A stretch of 64,000 nt of DNA, from positions 78,492,001 to 78,556,000 of the forward strand of contig OZ286463.1 in the NCBI GenBank assembly GCA_965644265.1, given 5' to 3'. A program made the position numbers and the translations under genes. How positions within the stretch are numbered: position 1 is the stretch's first letter; each line of letters starts with the position of its first letter. The DNA is from Glycera tridactyla. Lineage: Eukaryota. Below the pieces are notes generated by a model that was given only the letters and a program-made list of their open reading frames with translations, did not search any database and was not told the origin of the DNA. This document shows, piece after piece, positions 1 through 15,023 of the stretch.

Positions 1-636
1 AAACCCATTGGACAGAATTATCCCGATGTTCCATCAGACCAATATCGATACCATCAGGGGGACTCGTATTTTGTATGTCATCAGCTATCATCGTTCATCA
101 CACAGATGATGTCACTATGCCTTCTACCTCTTTCCACAAATTGGTGTAGATCATTCAGATATGGATATCTCAATGTGGGTGCTATATGATAATTCAAGAT
201 ATAGGCAGTATGAGGTGGATGCTGCTCACATACAACATGCAAGCTTCCCTAGCAGCCATTGCCGACATTGTCATAACTTGCATTCAGTCGAAGAGGTTCA
301 TCCATATCGTTCTCAGCCCATAAAACAGATGGATATCTGAAGACTATGAATGTAATGGCATGTCTGCCCCTAATAACTGAACTGGACCAGGTTCAGCCAG
401 AGGACGGTGGGGGCTACTCTATTGAGACTTGCTTGCTTGTTCACAGCTATATGTGCGATACGTATTATTAGGTGTAATTCACATATACTCTCGAGGCAAT
501 TATGTGCAAAGTGATAAACCGATCCTGTGTCGGAAAGGCCACACGAAAGATCGGCAGAAGGAAGCTTTGAAGTTTTATGTACATAGTTTTAGATGTAGTT
601 CGATTCCAATACATGCATTCTATTCAGTCGCAGTTC

Positions 637-720
637 TCCCCCCCCCCCCTCTTCCCCCTCCCCTCTCTCTCTCTCTCTCTCTCACACACTCTCTCTCTCT
701 ATATATATATACATATGTAT
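637..720. repeat. Compound C-run/(CT)n/(AT)n microsatellite
   Basis: Direct reading. Confidence 0.95.
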
Positions 721-1429
721 ATGGGGGTGAGTGTTTGTGTGCAATTACGTAATGTCATCCATGCTAAATGATGTTCTCGTTTATACCCCACGGGCAATGA
801 GGCATGTGCCCGCAGCTCTCTATATCTTGGGGGTGGCACCAGATGGATCCGACCACGTGCCATCCGCCTGTCAGTTCTATTCTGATGAGACCATCATATA
901 GCAGGTAGCTATAAATGTGGGGTGTTTTCATTTGATCATTGGGCCAATTTGAATGGTCGTTGAAGTTGGATGAAACGGTCCCCAGGTATTAAGTTGAGGG
1001 ATAATCCATTGAAGCGTCCGTGTATGAGTGGAGTGCGATTGTTGTGCCTCACACGTATGGTAGACCTTCTGTCATCGGTTGCAAGCTGAAGGGATTTGAG
1101 CGCGGTACATATGTTCCTAACCTGGTAGGCATTGCCCTCCAGTGAACCTCTTCCTACTCCCTTTCTCTCGACACTTCACAACTCATATGTGGTACCCATC
1201 GAACAGATCGAGAGGCATTCGCTGAGGTACCGTTTCAAAATTTGAAACGGAAATGGTAGATAATTCATCACAGTTCAAAGCCAATCGATCATAAAAAACA
1301 TTCTCTGCCGACACGCACGCTTTTTCATGATTGTACTTTGTCTTGCCAGCGTAGCAAAATCTTTTATACGAATTTTGGTACCTATGACTGATCCAGTGCT
1401 TCTGGCAGAACATACAGATGAAATGAGAT

Positions 1430-1610
1430 ATAGTTAGCCAGACGGACAGACAATCAGACAGACGAACAGACAGACAGAAAACAGACAGACAGGTGGACAA
1501 ATCGACGGACAGATGGAATGATAGATCCACGAAAGGGTTCGATGGAGACTGGTGGACTGATGGACGGATCGAAGGAGGGATCGAGAGACGGGCAAGAGGT
1601 TAGACTGACA
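1430..1610. repeat. Degenerate (GACA)/(GATG) tetranucleotide array
   Basis: Direct reading. Confidence 0.85.
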
Positions 1611-4600
1611 ATCCATGCTTCCATGTATACACATATCCATTCAACCATCATCCTTACATCTATACGTCCATTATCAAATAATGACTAAAAGTGGTACACC
1701 ATTCCGCTTCATATGTTTGTGTATGCTCAAGTCAGCCATATTGCCGAAGGATTGTAAATGTTGGACCTTCATCCAATCAAAGAATCGATCAAACGATCAA
1801 CATGATAACATGTAAGCAGACCGCCTGATGCAAACTATGATGTGGCAACCTCTTTTCATCGGTTCGTTATGGATAGCGGAGGAAGATGAGAGAGAGGATT
1901 CACAGAAGCTAGATTTCCAATGTCAGTTTTGGCACATTATTCTTACGGCCGATTAGGTGCCTTTTTTAGAATAAGACTAGTGCATTCTGGATCAACCTCA
2001 TCGAATTACCTTGGCTGAAGCACTTATGAAACACCTATGAAACTACTAGATTCATTGTTCATGAGTTTGACATGATGGATCATTCAAATTACCTTAGGAT
2101 ATGAATGTCGATCAAACTCGGTACAATGTGAGAAGAGGACATGTCCCATCAGTATAATTTGAACTGTGGGAAATGAAGCACCTGTGATCCATATCATGAT
2201 TATATTGGAGAATGTAGGAGGGGTCGGGGTGAATAGAGGGGAGGAGTAGATGTAGCATGTTGGGTCTGCATCAGGCGGAGTCATAACCATCAATCAAGCG
2301 TGACGGTAACTACCCATCAGCATCCGTTCATAATTAGCACGCTTGAGAGACCCTATTATTGGCCTGTATTATTCTCAGATGCCCTTATTAACCCTGTTAC
2401 TGGGCCATCTCTGGCGTGAATGGCCTGGGAAAGGCAATGGAGCTCGATCTCAAAGGAGAATTCAGCCAATGTAGTATCCCTCTTTAGAAACTCTCGGTAA
2501 GCGTGCTTTGCGACGGCCTACAAGTTGGACACCTTTCTTACAGATTGGCCATATTGTAATGGAACAACTATCGTGTTCTATATGGGTACATCACTATCGA
2601 ATTGTTGCCCTTGGTTACAGGAGATGAATACAGAAGCAGCCACAAAGACCTGGAGAAAACAGTATCATATACCCCCCATTTCTTCAGATCTAGGGGTTGC
2701 TATCCCGATGTTGTTTATCCAAGTGAAAATGAACATGAAACACAGACCTTGATTGTGGACCGAAGATTATAATTCTTTTCCCTGGCAAGCCATGCTTATC
2801 GCTGAATCAAAATCTCTCTGATACAATGATTCTTCACAATTGAGGTTCAATTTCTGAGTGACCATATACATAAGTGATAGACTCAGTGACTATTCTGTTG
2901 GATGCGCTGCAAGAATTCCTTGCTTTTGGGTACTGCTTCTCACCCAATCAAGATCAATATGCTCTTTGTGTGTGGTTTCTGTGGTGTCCAGATAATGTTG
3001 AATGAGTGGCTTTGAGGCATTGGTTCAGCGAGTCACCTGGTCCAATGACGCCATTCTTGAGCGGATACGAGGATGCTTGATTGCTCTGACTATGCTCCCA
3101 TGAGAGTTTGTTTAAGGTTTGTTCTGGTCGAATTCATTTTCACTTGACCGATATACTGTGGGCAAATATGCCGTGTTCTACTTCTGGCCATCAGCCAAGA
3201 TACCTCCTCCTTGAGATTGCATCCTTTGGTGATAGAGACTCACCAAATGTCAGCCAAAGTGACTGCAGGGAATTTACCAACTTCATAATTCGTCATTCGA
3301 AGCTGAAAGCCCCGATTTCCACTTCAAAATCAGGATTTCAAATCCCTGGGATTTCAAAATACATGTTTAAATATGTTTCAGGGAGTGGATACCAAATTCA
3401 TACTTTTTTACGCAAGTCCACGAGGACACGAGCTCATCCATAGCTCATATTTACTTAGGTATTTTGCATTTTTCCATCTGCAGATATTCATAAATTTGTG
3501 TTATGTGTGACTTGGGTGCAATGATGTCGGAAAACTCTATGATCATTCACTCGAAGACATTTTGGAGTAGTTTCCCTGGCGGCCAATGATGGGGCATTTG
3601 AATTGCAAAGTCTTCTACCAGCAAGTACTGAGCTTCACGTATTTGTTATTTCGCTCATTCTGGTTGAATATAGACAGATACTAATTTTGGGATGGCTTTA
3701 TCAATATAGCTTATGGGAGACTGGGATCGTGCCAGATGTTCAGATTGATAACACCGACATTACGCTCCTATCTCAATAAAGGCATAACATCTGACAAAAA
3801 TAGACGACTTCGACTACTGGCGTATTTACTCAGGATTTGTGCTCGTCAGAAGTTGTATTCCTTTCAGCTCTTTGGTCGGCCATGCTGGGCTATTTTCAAT
3901 ATTTGCTTGCGTTTTTATGGGACATTCAGAGTGTTTGTAGGTACGCACTCGCGTAATCTGTCTTGAATGACACATCTGTATGAATAAAAAGTGTCTGCAC
4001 CGCGAGCGTGCCTTATCTTGTGGTGACGCTATGAATTCCTGACAATAGTAGACACATCTCCAGCATATGAGGACCCTGATTCGTTGCATGGCCGCAAGTG
4101 CTGTCGATTGGTGTCTTCTTCGTTATGACAACGTTCACTATTGTAAGGTCTCGTATTCTTCTGCCTTCTTATTGAGCCACATGAGTTGATCATTGTGCGA
4201 TAATTTCACAAGCACAGACATGATAAGGTTTCATCGGACTTGAAGTTGAATAAAGTTCTCACTTCCATCAAATCAATTATCATTTTCGAATTACATTAAA
4301 CACAATCCCAATGATACTATTACAGAAATCTCATAAAATATGTTTATCATTCAGATCTTTTATATATGCTGGATACCCACTGATTAATTCGAGACGGGTC
4401 GTGAAGCGGGATAATATCTTCGTTTGGGAGTGTGATAGGACTCATACATACATCGTGATCACCTAACGTACTAGCAGATCTTAATACCCATTCCCTTCTT
4501 CTTCACATCATTTCATCTTCTGTTTTCCTGTTTGTTTGTTTGTTCGTGTGTCTGTTTGACCGTTTCGACTGTACCACTGCCAGAGCCTCGAGGTTCTGAT

Positions 4601-5796
4601 CTTCCCAGTGCTGCTGTTAGCAATATATAGGCGACAAGTCGAATTTCGGCAAGGTGCAACACTCTGCCTGCAATGCTTTCCAAATCCCAAGATAGGCGCT
4701 CACACCGTCACTCAATGCCAGTTGTGTGTTGCTCCTTGTTTCGAGCTCAACAGTAGTGTAATGAGTGTTGAAGCACTATCTGCCTCATCCATTGATAGAC
4801 TACCTGTGTGTTGTTACGTTCACTCCATTATCATTGGCAGTCGTCCAAGGCAGTATTGGCAATGATTCAGTTCGGTGGGAAGTGGGTCAGTCATGACCGA
4901 TATCTGCCTATCGAAATCGTTAGGAAGTACCATGTTTGCTGAAATACCGTGTCTGAACATGTGCCAATCGATGGTAATGACCTGATCAATTATTGTAATT
5001 ACCATTGTCAGTGTTTGTGACTCGATCACCGTATGAATCTCTTGTCAATATTGACAATGATTGTTGAGCTTAGAACGTGATTTTCGTTGTTATGATGGCT
5101 ATTTATGCATCACTTTAGCAACAGATCACAGGGTAAGCACAGTTGTGCACATGGGGTAATATATGAAACCCTGAAAGTCTGCTCGCATGAGGATCCATCG
5201 AGGTTATATAGTACTCGCTTCATGTGAGTCACTGTCATTTAGTCATACTCTGTAGTGACTCTTTTTCTCCCCCTGAAGTAATGTATGAAGTTGTTTCATT
5301 CACTTTGTACCTCTTTATGGATTCGCTGCTGGCTTGCCCGCCGGGTGTACCTCATCTTTGAACCTCTTTTCGTTCTTATCATTTTCTTTTTATCAAAGCT
5401 GCTCGCAGTGAGAATCCTCGGAGGGCACAACTTTACAGTCTTTATGCCCTACGGTCAGACACTTGCCATGTTCTTGACTATGCTTTGGAAATTTTATTAC
5501 ATGAAGTTCGGCATTTCTAGCTGTTGAAGGGGATAGAAAATACTGATAGGTTTCATACTATCGGCTTCGACTTTCCATGTCAAGGAGTTTGAACTCATTA
5601 ATGAATCAATAAATAACTTCATACTAGGACGTCAGCTAATTCCCAAGTATTATACAATACACATTGTCAATCATATGGTGCTAATGTGGTATCAGGCACA
5701 AGCCTGTCCAAATCACGATGCGATGTAATCCGCAATGGACAGAGAAGTGAACAAAAAAGACAGTATTGCTTGGATGGCCTACCGAAAATATTATAG

Positions 5797-5943
5797 CAAG
5801 ACTATATGGCCGTGAAGTAAAAACGCAATACCAAACGATGTGTGAATTTCACTGGATGACATGAGGCCAAAGGCCGAGTGACATCTGTAGAAATTCATAC
5901 CAAGTTTGGTATTGGGTTTTTGCCTCACGGTCATATAGTCTTG
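5797..5943. mobile_element. Foldback MITE-like palindrome
   Basis: About 55 bp imperfect inverted arms (CAAGACTATATGGCCGTGAAGTAAAAACGCAATACCAAAC... and ...GTTTGGTATTGGGTTTTTGCCTCACGGTCATATAGTCTTG) around a short GGCCAAAGGCC-containing spacer. Confidence 0.8.
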
Positions 5944-6269
5944 ATTTCATCACATGGATTAGCGAGTAAATCATCAAAAGTAGTTCCCACCCAGCTGTAA
6001 AGTAACACACGCAATACTCAACAGCTGATACTTCACTGAAAATGGCACATCCATGTGTTAATGTCTGTTTCTCGAGATTCTCTCATGGTTTTCTGCAGCA
6101 GATTCAAGCAATACTGTGTGATGATGCTTACTCACTGGATGTCCTAGTATTGCGGTTGTGAAAGGAATGCAGCAGTCGGTTTTCCTGCGTCCTTTTGCAC
6201 CATATAAGCAGCCATATTGTTCTCAAATGATAGATACAACACTGAAAAGTCGACTTATTTTTATGTGGA

Positions 6270-6395
6270 TAAAGAGGAGTGTTTGAACAGACATTTACTT
6301 CCACTTGACAACCTTGGTTTCTCATCATATTGTGTTCAGGGTATGTGAGAGTGATGCCCACTGGGGACACACATTCAGGTTTCATTGGTCAAACA
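6270..6395 (-). repeat. Dispersed repeat family A, partial copy
   Basis: Shares GGCATCACTCTCACA..CCCTGAACACAA and GGTTGTCAAGTGGAAGTA with the other copies. Confidence 0.75.
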
Positions 6396-6963
6396 CTCAT
6401 GGCATACATAATCTGTTCTCGATTGATTCATGTGGTCTAACTCTATCTAATCGATCTATGAAACTCCCACGTAGGGCATACTAAGATAGGCAGTGAACGA
6501 TTGGATGTCGGACCTTAAGGTATGTGGCTATGCATAACAGAGATGACCTAGAGGTCGATTAACCAGCTCTATCAATAGGAGTTATTTCAAGTGCCAATTG
6601 AGCTCATTTCCAAAGCCATCATTCGGCACAATGCCCAGCTTGTACTCAGTTAGTGCTCGACAAGAGGCAGGCAATAACAATCGTGACCCATGAGAACACC
6701 CTGCCATCCATATTCACTGACCTTCTTGGTCGTCGCTAGTGATGACAAATGAACCCCCTGTTCAAGAGTATGCGTCAGTGTTATCCTACCAGTAGATTGT
6801 AAGATACTCTCATAATAAAGTGAGGTAGAATGATTTGAATACAAGGATACAAAAGCAGCGTCCTTGAGAATACGTTCCAGATATATATGTTCCTGATTGA
6901 TATACCTTCATTCAGGAGTCTATTCCGACGCCGGTGTTCACATACCACATCTCTAGTATAATA

Positions 6964-7138
6964 CAGTAAAACCTGCTATAGTGAAATCCTGTCCACAGTG
7001 AAATCCTGGCTACAGTGAAAAGAAAAATCTGGCCTGAACGTTTTTTTTTCACTATAATTGACCTGTTTATAGTGAAATCCTGTCGACAGTGAAAAGAAAA
7101 TTCTGCCCGTGACTTTTCACTATAGACAGGTTGTACTG
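6964..7138. mobile_element. Tc1/mariner-pogo-type MITE
   Basis: TA flanks on both sides. TIRs CAGTAAAACCTG-CTATAGTGAAA and TTTCACTATAGACAGGTTGTACTG. Internal AGTGAAATCCTG repeats. Confidence 0.85.
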
Positions 7139-7516
7139 TATCTAAATTTCGAAATCTGTTTTCTAATGTCTGCCTTACACACCGCATGAATCCTTGAAGG
7201 GACGATCCTGCAATATTGTTTCCATTCAATGTCACGATGAAGTGTTTGCAGCAAAGTATAGACTCCTTGTTCTCATCTCGGTCGCATAATACTTTCACGA
7301 TCAAGAATGACTTGGAAAGTATAAGTATGGTTTTCTATCTCCGAAGTCACCATTGTTTCTCAGACTCAATTGTCCGATATATTCAGGATAACCTGAGCTT
7401 ATAATTGTATGTATCTGATAGGGGTGAAATGAGAATTCAAAGTTTCTTGCGCATGGTACGTTGGAAACGAAGGCGGCGACAGAGACGATTACAATTATGA
7501 ACACGGTTATGCTGCT

Positions 7517-7547
<31 letters not shown>

Positions 7548-8339
7548 ATGATAATGATGATGATGATGATGATGGCTAATGATGATTATCATCAATGATT
7601 ATAATAGTAATGTTCATATTTTTATAATGAATTTCCTCACTTTCATGATTTCCAAATTGCGTTTGGATTGATTGAATCAGTAGGTTTGTTAAGCCTATCG
7701 AGTCACTAGTTATCACAAGTCACTTTTCTTCGCTAGACTGTTTGAAAGTTAGATGTGCAATCACAACGAATTACATCAAAAGGCAATTGAGAAGGGGGCA
7801 GGGACGATTTAATGTATGTGTCACATCCCCTCAGGTGCGAGCTTCAGTAAACACATAAATCTTTGTGTCTTCACGTCGAATGACTTCGGTTATGAAACCA
7901 TTGAGAGCGTCAAGATGGCTATCATGCGTGCACACGATATCATCTGACGAAAAGTGACTTGGAATCTGCCATGTTCATTTCATGACCTCACTTGCCTTCG
8001 CGCTGAATGGGACGCGTTTCGGAATATTGCGAGGAGGTTTCTCTATTCATCTATATCCATGAGTTTTTGAGTTGTACCTAATCCAGGTTAACTAGGATAA
8101 TAGGATGTATATCTTTGTCATACCATTCGTGTTGCTTGGTGTAGATATCAACGAGGAGCATTCAGGGTAATGCGATATGTCGCGTGTTGAAGATGAGACC
8201 CAAATAATTGACCTTGTACATAAATAGACCTTGCATGCCTTGCGGGCACGATGACCTTCAGTTGTCAGCAAACTATAGTCTGAGGTTGGTGACCCATGTT
8301 GTGCTGAGGTCGAATCTTGCATCGCTTGCATATGGTTAT

Positions 8340-9000
8340 TGAGACCTTGAGTGTCGTCCTGCACCAGCGACACCACAACCACCACTGTCACTGCCACCAC
8401 GACTATCGATACCACCACCATCGCCACCACCACCACAACCACCGCCATCACCACAACAACCACCACTACAATCACCACCAAAACCACAAAAACACAATCA
8501 CCATCGCCACCACCACCTCCAGAGCACAAACGCCTTTACTACCACAACCACTACAACCACTACGACCGCAACCACTACCATCACCACAGGCACAACTTTG
8601 AGGACCACTGTCAATCACAGCATCATCACTGCCACCATTCCCATCACAACCACATCTACAATCTAACCTCATGACATTCACCAACTGTTCCCCCATCGCC
8701 ACAAGCCACACTAATGTCATCACAATCACCGCCACCAAACTCCTCCCCATCTCCCCTGCCGAAACCACCACCACCACCTCCCACCACCACCACCACTACG
8801 GCAACCACCGATACCGCTACCTCTACCACCATCATCACCACCACCGCCAACTCCGCCAACACTACCAACACCAACACTACCAACAAACACCACCAACCCT
8901 GTGATCACATCACCGACACGAACACTCCCGGTATCACCAACACCACCTCCTCAACCTCGATCACAACCACAGTCATTCATAACCGTAATCATTACCATAA
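8340..9000. repeat. (CAC/ACC/CAT)n low-complexity tract
   Basis: Explains the poly-Thr/His/Val ORFs on both strands. Confidence 0.95.
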
Positions 9001-12000
9001 CGATGACAGCAACAAGGTCTGTCTACAGGTCGACATTCCCCCTTATATTTTGTCCTCGATAGCATCGGGTACTGGGCGGATACAAGCGTTTTAAAAAGTT
9101 GCATTAAACAGCATGTGGAACGAATGATTGCTGAATTGATTACTGGGTCGAATCTATCCACATATATTATGAATCACATTCCGAATACATTCAGTACAAG
9201 AGTTCACACGATTGTATAGGCAGGAGGACCCAAAGCACGTCTTGAGGCGCCATCCGTTCTACTCGCCTCTAGCTATCACATGTTCTTATGCTAGTATGAA
9301 GATCTGCCTGAAAAGTGAATTCGTCGATATATTTAATGGCCCCAAAATACATTGATAGTATACCGACCTATATGTGCCCTACTGTGGTGACGGCATAGAT
9401 TGTTTGTTAGCTTCATCAGTTGAGGTATCACAGGGTGTCCTGAGAGGTGGGTTTATATGCTTGCTCGATGACCCTGTATCGTGTCACATTGCAAACGAAA
9501 AGAATGGATCCATGCAAGATTTTGACTGCAGGGAAGGAGAGTTTGATCTTCTGATTCACTGCATGGTCCTCATTCATGCATGCGCTTTCATGTTAGACTT
9601 TCCTCGAATCATGAATCAGGTAGTAGCCACGTGCAGCATTCCACGTTCAGTCTTGAGAAGTTCATCATGGGACATTGAACGATCGACCTATCAACTAACG
9701 ATCTATGGGTTGAGAAGTGGGCTATCCTCCTTGGAGTATCATGTGTGTTAACATTGCTGTGCCTCGTCCGGGTCATTGATTTGATTGCTGAGACGAGTCA
9801 CAACAGCATCATTGATTTCAGATCAGACCACCCACCTGTGCCCGTCCAACCGTGAACGTCGGCCATATGGCACGTTCCTGCGTTCCTTGTGTAAGCCCAT
9901 CCTTCCTGTCCAGCTGTTATTCTGGTCGTATCAATCAGAACTCGACCAGCTTGTCGCATTTACTATTCCCACTCCATTAGTTCATTGATCTGAAATAATA
10001 GTCCCTTTCAAGCCTGAGCTTCTGGAGCATTGGTGTACTTTGTATAGGGGTGCCTCTGTCGCATATCCAGTTGCAGGCCAAGGTATGAGCGTCCTGTGTT
10101 GACATGTGCTGTGTCTTCATCACAGCTTCTCCCCAAAGCGGCACTCGTTGATATGCAGATCTTAGTCAGAAAGGAGGTTCATTTTCCCACGGAAAAACCG
10201 AGATGGTCCACAGAGAGTTCCTTGTTTAAAGTCATGCTTTCATCGTGCTGTTTTTGTGCGTTTCATGGAAACAGTGTTACATGTTGTGATTTATCACAGA
10301 TAAATGTCCCTGCTATAGCTTTCACGTCAAAAGAAATGTATTAGATGTCATCAGGGAGACATCTTATGATCTAACCATCTGATGCCCGTTCTTGAATTGC
10401 TAGCGTCACCATTGGCAGGTCAAGTAACGTGTAAACCTTTTTTGAAGGCCCCAGTATTTGCCTCATCGCCTAATCAATATCCTATAAAAAAGAACCAGCA
10501 GGCTCTGAAATCCCATGCCTGTCGAGCATGGACATATGGGAGATGGAAATTCCGGGATGTAGGCCATGATATCTCCTATCCATGGGCCACAGAGGCTAGC
10601 TCACATGTGAGAAAATCCTAAGGTGTTTTACGTGGTCAAAAATCATACAAGATCACTCATAAACGATGTGAAAAACGTAAGTACGTGCATAAACAGCAAA
10701 TACACTCAACATACATGGAAATACACTTTCAATATGATTGAAAACCCGAGATCTGCGTCAGTTGTGTTATATCCTTAGCAAGCTAATATGTCACGATCAC
10801 TGCTAATATTGCAGTTTCATAGTGATATCAGAAACATAGGATTGCTCGCTCGGCACCCCCTCATGTACTTTCGCTCCAGGTACGAGCTGGTTCAACCCCC
10901 TTTCCCTATCGTCATGATGTCTTCACGGTCAGGTGATCTTTGATAAAACGCATAGTATGAGCTGAACTTTATCATTGCTGGGAAAAAACCATAAGTCATC
11001 CCCATACAGGTGGCAAATCTAGGCTAAGAGGACGGAGCGTACACAACGTTAGGATGTAGCTGGTGTTGACAATGTACAAACAATATTCAATAGAAAGTAT
11101 GGAGTAGGCATGGCATGCAGAAAGGAAATTATGGATGCACGTAGAGCTTATAACATTGAATCTTTGAGGCGTTCAATAACATAGAGGTCAGAACTGACCA
11201 GAAAGTGACCCCCCCCCCCCCCACTAAGTCATGCCAGCTGTCTTGCTCAGGATTCGTCGACGATCCTGAGGTTCTTGGTCATCCCAAATTGGTGTTTGGT
11301 CATGATATGTCATCCATCTTTCGAGTGAGTCAAAATTCGTGGATCTGGATGCTTCCATTCAGCAAAAAGAATACACCTGCCTCTAGGGTGCACCTGAGCA
11401 AAGCAGTATATGTGAGAGCAGCATTATTAGCGAAACGCATAATTGCATTTGTGAGTGATCTTCACAATGATGGCACAATCTCAGTAAACGCATAATCTGC
11501 TTTTTTTTCTATATAGTCCATCAGTATTATGGAAATGTCTACAGGGTTTCCATGACATTTGAGAGTCTAGGATGATGCTAGGTAATCCTGATGATTCCAT
11601 CGGCGCGCTCCCAACATCATATATGTTACCAAACATGGATACGGCGAATAATTTCCACAATATCGTGAAGTGGTTAGTGAAAGGGATCGGATAACATGGA
11701 GCCCAGAGAAAAAGTTCTGCCGATGGAAAAAGAGGATTACTCGGACGACCTATGACGTCGAATCAAAAAAATATCCTGGCTCATGGATGGATGCATTAGC
11801 GGCAACATCTGTATTGAATTAGAAAAAAAGGTGAAATTCATACCTGATCAGTGAATCTATCCGGCTAATTTTCATCATGTGAAATAGTGTTCAAATGTCA
11901 TGCAGTGATATCTGATTGAGGACACGCATATTTGAATAAAAAAAACCGACCCCTCCTTAAATTTTCGCATATACCTCAATTCTGTCATCATGTGGTTTCT

Positions 12001-13365
12001 GAAATGATGCATACATCGTCGTTTTGTTGCATGTCTTTGTGGACACCACAAAAGTTGGATTTTGCCTGAATGTTGATGTTCATGACAGAAAGATGAAGAT
12101 TATCATACCGGATACTACTGCCTGAAGATGCTCTCTCACCTGGCATTCGATGCAGGAAACTTGTGAATGATGGAACAACAAAACTGCCGACATGACACTC
12201 AATATATATATAGATTCATGGTCCAAGCTTTGGGACCGCTCTGAAATGTTCAAATTAGTGAGATATGTTTCTGATGATCACCATTTTGTTACATATCGTA
12301 TGATTAGGAATCTATGTACTTTCCCATATATATTGTTCCGCTATATATTGATGTTGTGGGCAATTGTTGAAACTTCTACAAAACTTTTTGACAATAGAAC
12401 TTGAGGTGACGAGGATCATTGTGGCAATTTCACTTGTAGAAACTAGATACGGCTTTTCTGTGAAGGATTTTTAAACCGACCTGACGAGTCTTTGGACAAA
12501 ACTACAACCATGGAGACGTGTACGTTGAGTTTGGTGGACCCTAGTAAAGCAAGCCCAGATTTGATGACAGCCAGAGGGGTGGTCGGTATTGTGAATTATG
12601 TCTAGCATGACGACCCCCAGGACTCTAACTACAGTCATGTAACCCAAATATCCAAGTATAAACGGGATAGGGAAGTTTGTATTTGCTTTGCTCTGATTAA
12701 CATCCACGAGCATTGTAACCAGGGGTGGTAACATTTTTTGTAATATCATTGAAACATGAAACATGGTGATTGTCGGTGATAGGGGGCCATTGAAAGATGC
12801 AGGAAAAACTCATTATCAAGTCGTTATTGTCCTGTAATCAACTCAAACCTCATCTTCATTTTCTCCATTGCATTACATTCAGCTCTCGTCGAAAAATAAT
12901 CTCGTTAGACAATTTTGAGCCCCGAATGTTCCCACCATGCCAGGCCCTGTTTAAAGGAGAATTTTTAACCGGTTCGTGTTTGATATTTGAAGCCATACTT
13001 TCCGGTAAACTATGGGAAGGGTTGCGGTAGCGTAGAATTTCGTTCAGGGCGGTCCCAGATGATTTTGCACAATGCAATTTGATTCACAGTGTGATCAAGA
13101 TTCGTGGTGGCGAAAACATGTTTAGATGGTTGACATTACACTTTCTGGTTATCCATAAGTTTCGGCAGATATTGAAGTGTTTTGACAAATACTACCTTTA
13201 TAAATACCGCCAATGTTCGACTTTTGAAATTGTGCTCGACGCATCCAGCGATCGTGGAACCCCCAGGTTGATTATCTAACATTCGATCAATCGGTGATGG
13301 TGATTGGTGTTGAGCTTTTGTTGCTGTTTTCAATCATTCATTGCCAAAGGGGTTGTATCACATGT

Positions 13366-13601
13366 NNNNNNNNNNNNNNNNNNNNNNNNNNNNNNNNNNN
13401 NNNNNNNNNNNNNNNNNNNNNNNNNNNNNNNNNNNNNNNNNNNNNNNNNNNNNNNNNNNNNNNNNNNNNNNNNNNNNNNNNNNNNNNNNNNNNNNNNNNN
13501 NNNNNNNNNNNNNNNNNNNNNNNNNNNNNNNNNNNNNNNNNNNNNNNNNNNNNNNNNNNNNNNNNNNNNNNNNNNNNNNNNNNNNNNNNNNNNNNNNNNN
13601 N
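13366..13601. other. N-gap (others: 31456-31602, 33775-34135, 36333-36498, 38849-38978, 39037-39174, 62031-62206, 62533-62672)
   Basis: Runs of N; ORFs crossing them are artefacts. Confidence 0.99.
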
Positions 13602-14639
13602 TGTTGCCCTTGCACAGTGGGACGTCCATTGACAAACCCGATACACATTCAGCATTGAAGGCTTTCATTTCCTTCATCCCAAGTCCGTGGCAACCATTCG
13701 GGGAGCTGAGAAACGTAAAATATGCGAGTGTGTGTTTGTTACCCCGATGATATGCACGATAATTTGCTAAAAGTCTGAGTGATTCTATTCAGATGAATGT
13801 CGTCACCGTATTCACATTGAGAGAGGCTGACATGAAGCATAATCGACTGAGATAGGTCATGTATATTTTTGTCATTTGAAATTAGCTGCAGTTAATGCTA
13901 AAAGATCGTCAGCTGTAGTTGATGACAGCAACCATCTTCCTGTCTATTCAATACAGTAGCAACCTAAATTCATAGCATCAGTTTTTGTGCTTCATAATAC
14001 AATCTAGTTCACGCTTTCTTCCAATTCATTCACGAGCAAATTACCGATATTCGATGGTCCTGTCCCATTTTCAACACAATTGATCAGGGAATTTCAGTGC
14101 TCAGGTGTTCTGTGTACCGATGGTTGAAGAGCATTTATTTGATCCTAAAAAGCACGTGTCTTACAAGCAAACCCGTCTACAAATTCCATCATTGGTTGCC
14201 TTGAAAAGTGATCTTTGTAGGCAGCTGTTTACCATGGGAAATTTTATCGTGCTCACAGCTCAGAGCAATGACATTTTCTCCTCCCGTTTGGGCCTAGGGG
14301 AAGTCTTGAGACAAAGAAGAATAAGCAACCATCACCGCTCGGGATTGCCTTTGTAGGTAGGTGGTCTTTGTATCCAAGTGGATTCTCATGCAGGTTCGAC
14401 CGTATTTATATACGAGATGCACATGATGTAGTAGAAATAAAGTTTGTCAAATCCAGTGAATCTCTCTGAATCCTTTTCTGGTTAGGTTATGCTCAGAGAC
14501 CTGCATTAGCCCACCTGTGGAGTGTGACAGTTATGAGCATGATGGAGTATGAATAATCAGTTTGAGGCGTGGTGGCCATGAAAAGATGTCAAATTGGTGG
14601 CGAATTTAAGCGGGGCCGAGCGATTCTGATGTTGTCATG

Positions 14640-14880
14640 CCGGTACAATGTTAGAATCACTCCAACTGTCGGGTAGCGACAACACTAGTGACCAGGGGTG
14701 ATCGATCACCGGGACCTGAGATGTCGGGGTTCCAAATCCTATCCATCATCTCCTGCAATTCACTAGAGATTCCAAAGCTCGATTCGCTAACCACAATCAT
14801 ATCCTCACTGCGTGCGTTCCTCCACATATTTGCCATCAGCTTTAACTTTCGTTCTCTCATCCCGATTTTTATCTTCTAGT
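14640..14880 (-). mobile_element. Possible degenerate RTE-type LINE C-terminal fragment
   Basis: RERKLKLMANMWRNARSE loosely resembles the RTE ORF2 C-terminal R.RRL...GH..R region; short and diverged. Confidence 0.25.
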
Positions 14881-15023
14881 CGCTAGTTCAAATACAACAG
14901 TGGTATTAGTCCATACCGCCCATGTCAGGCTGCAAGTGATTGAACCATCCTGAACTCTCTGTATTTGATCAATTCATGAAATGAGGTTACAGAGCAAGAG
15001 TATCAAGACATCGTGAACGTGTA

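Noticed and set aside
8092-9094. Mucin-like or His-rich ORFs, and similar ones at 16.0, 32.2, 35.2 and 54.4 kb
   Set aside because: Trinucleotide low-complexity DNA is open in several frames on both strands and has no splice context.
9060-10600. Possible decayed retroelement (YRPIC at 9361, KYIDEF on the minus strand)
   Set aside because: Isolated motifs on opposite strands with no ordered series.
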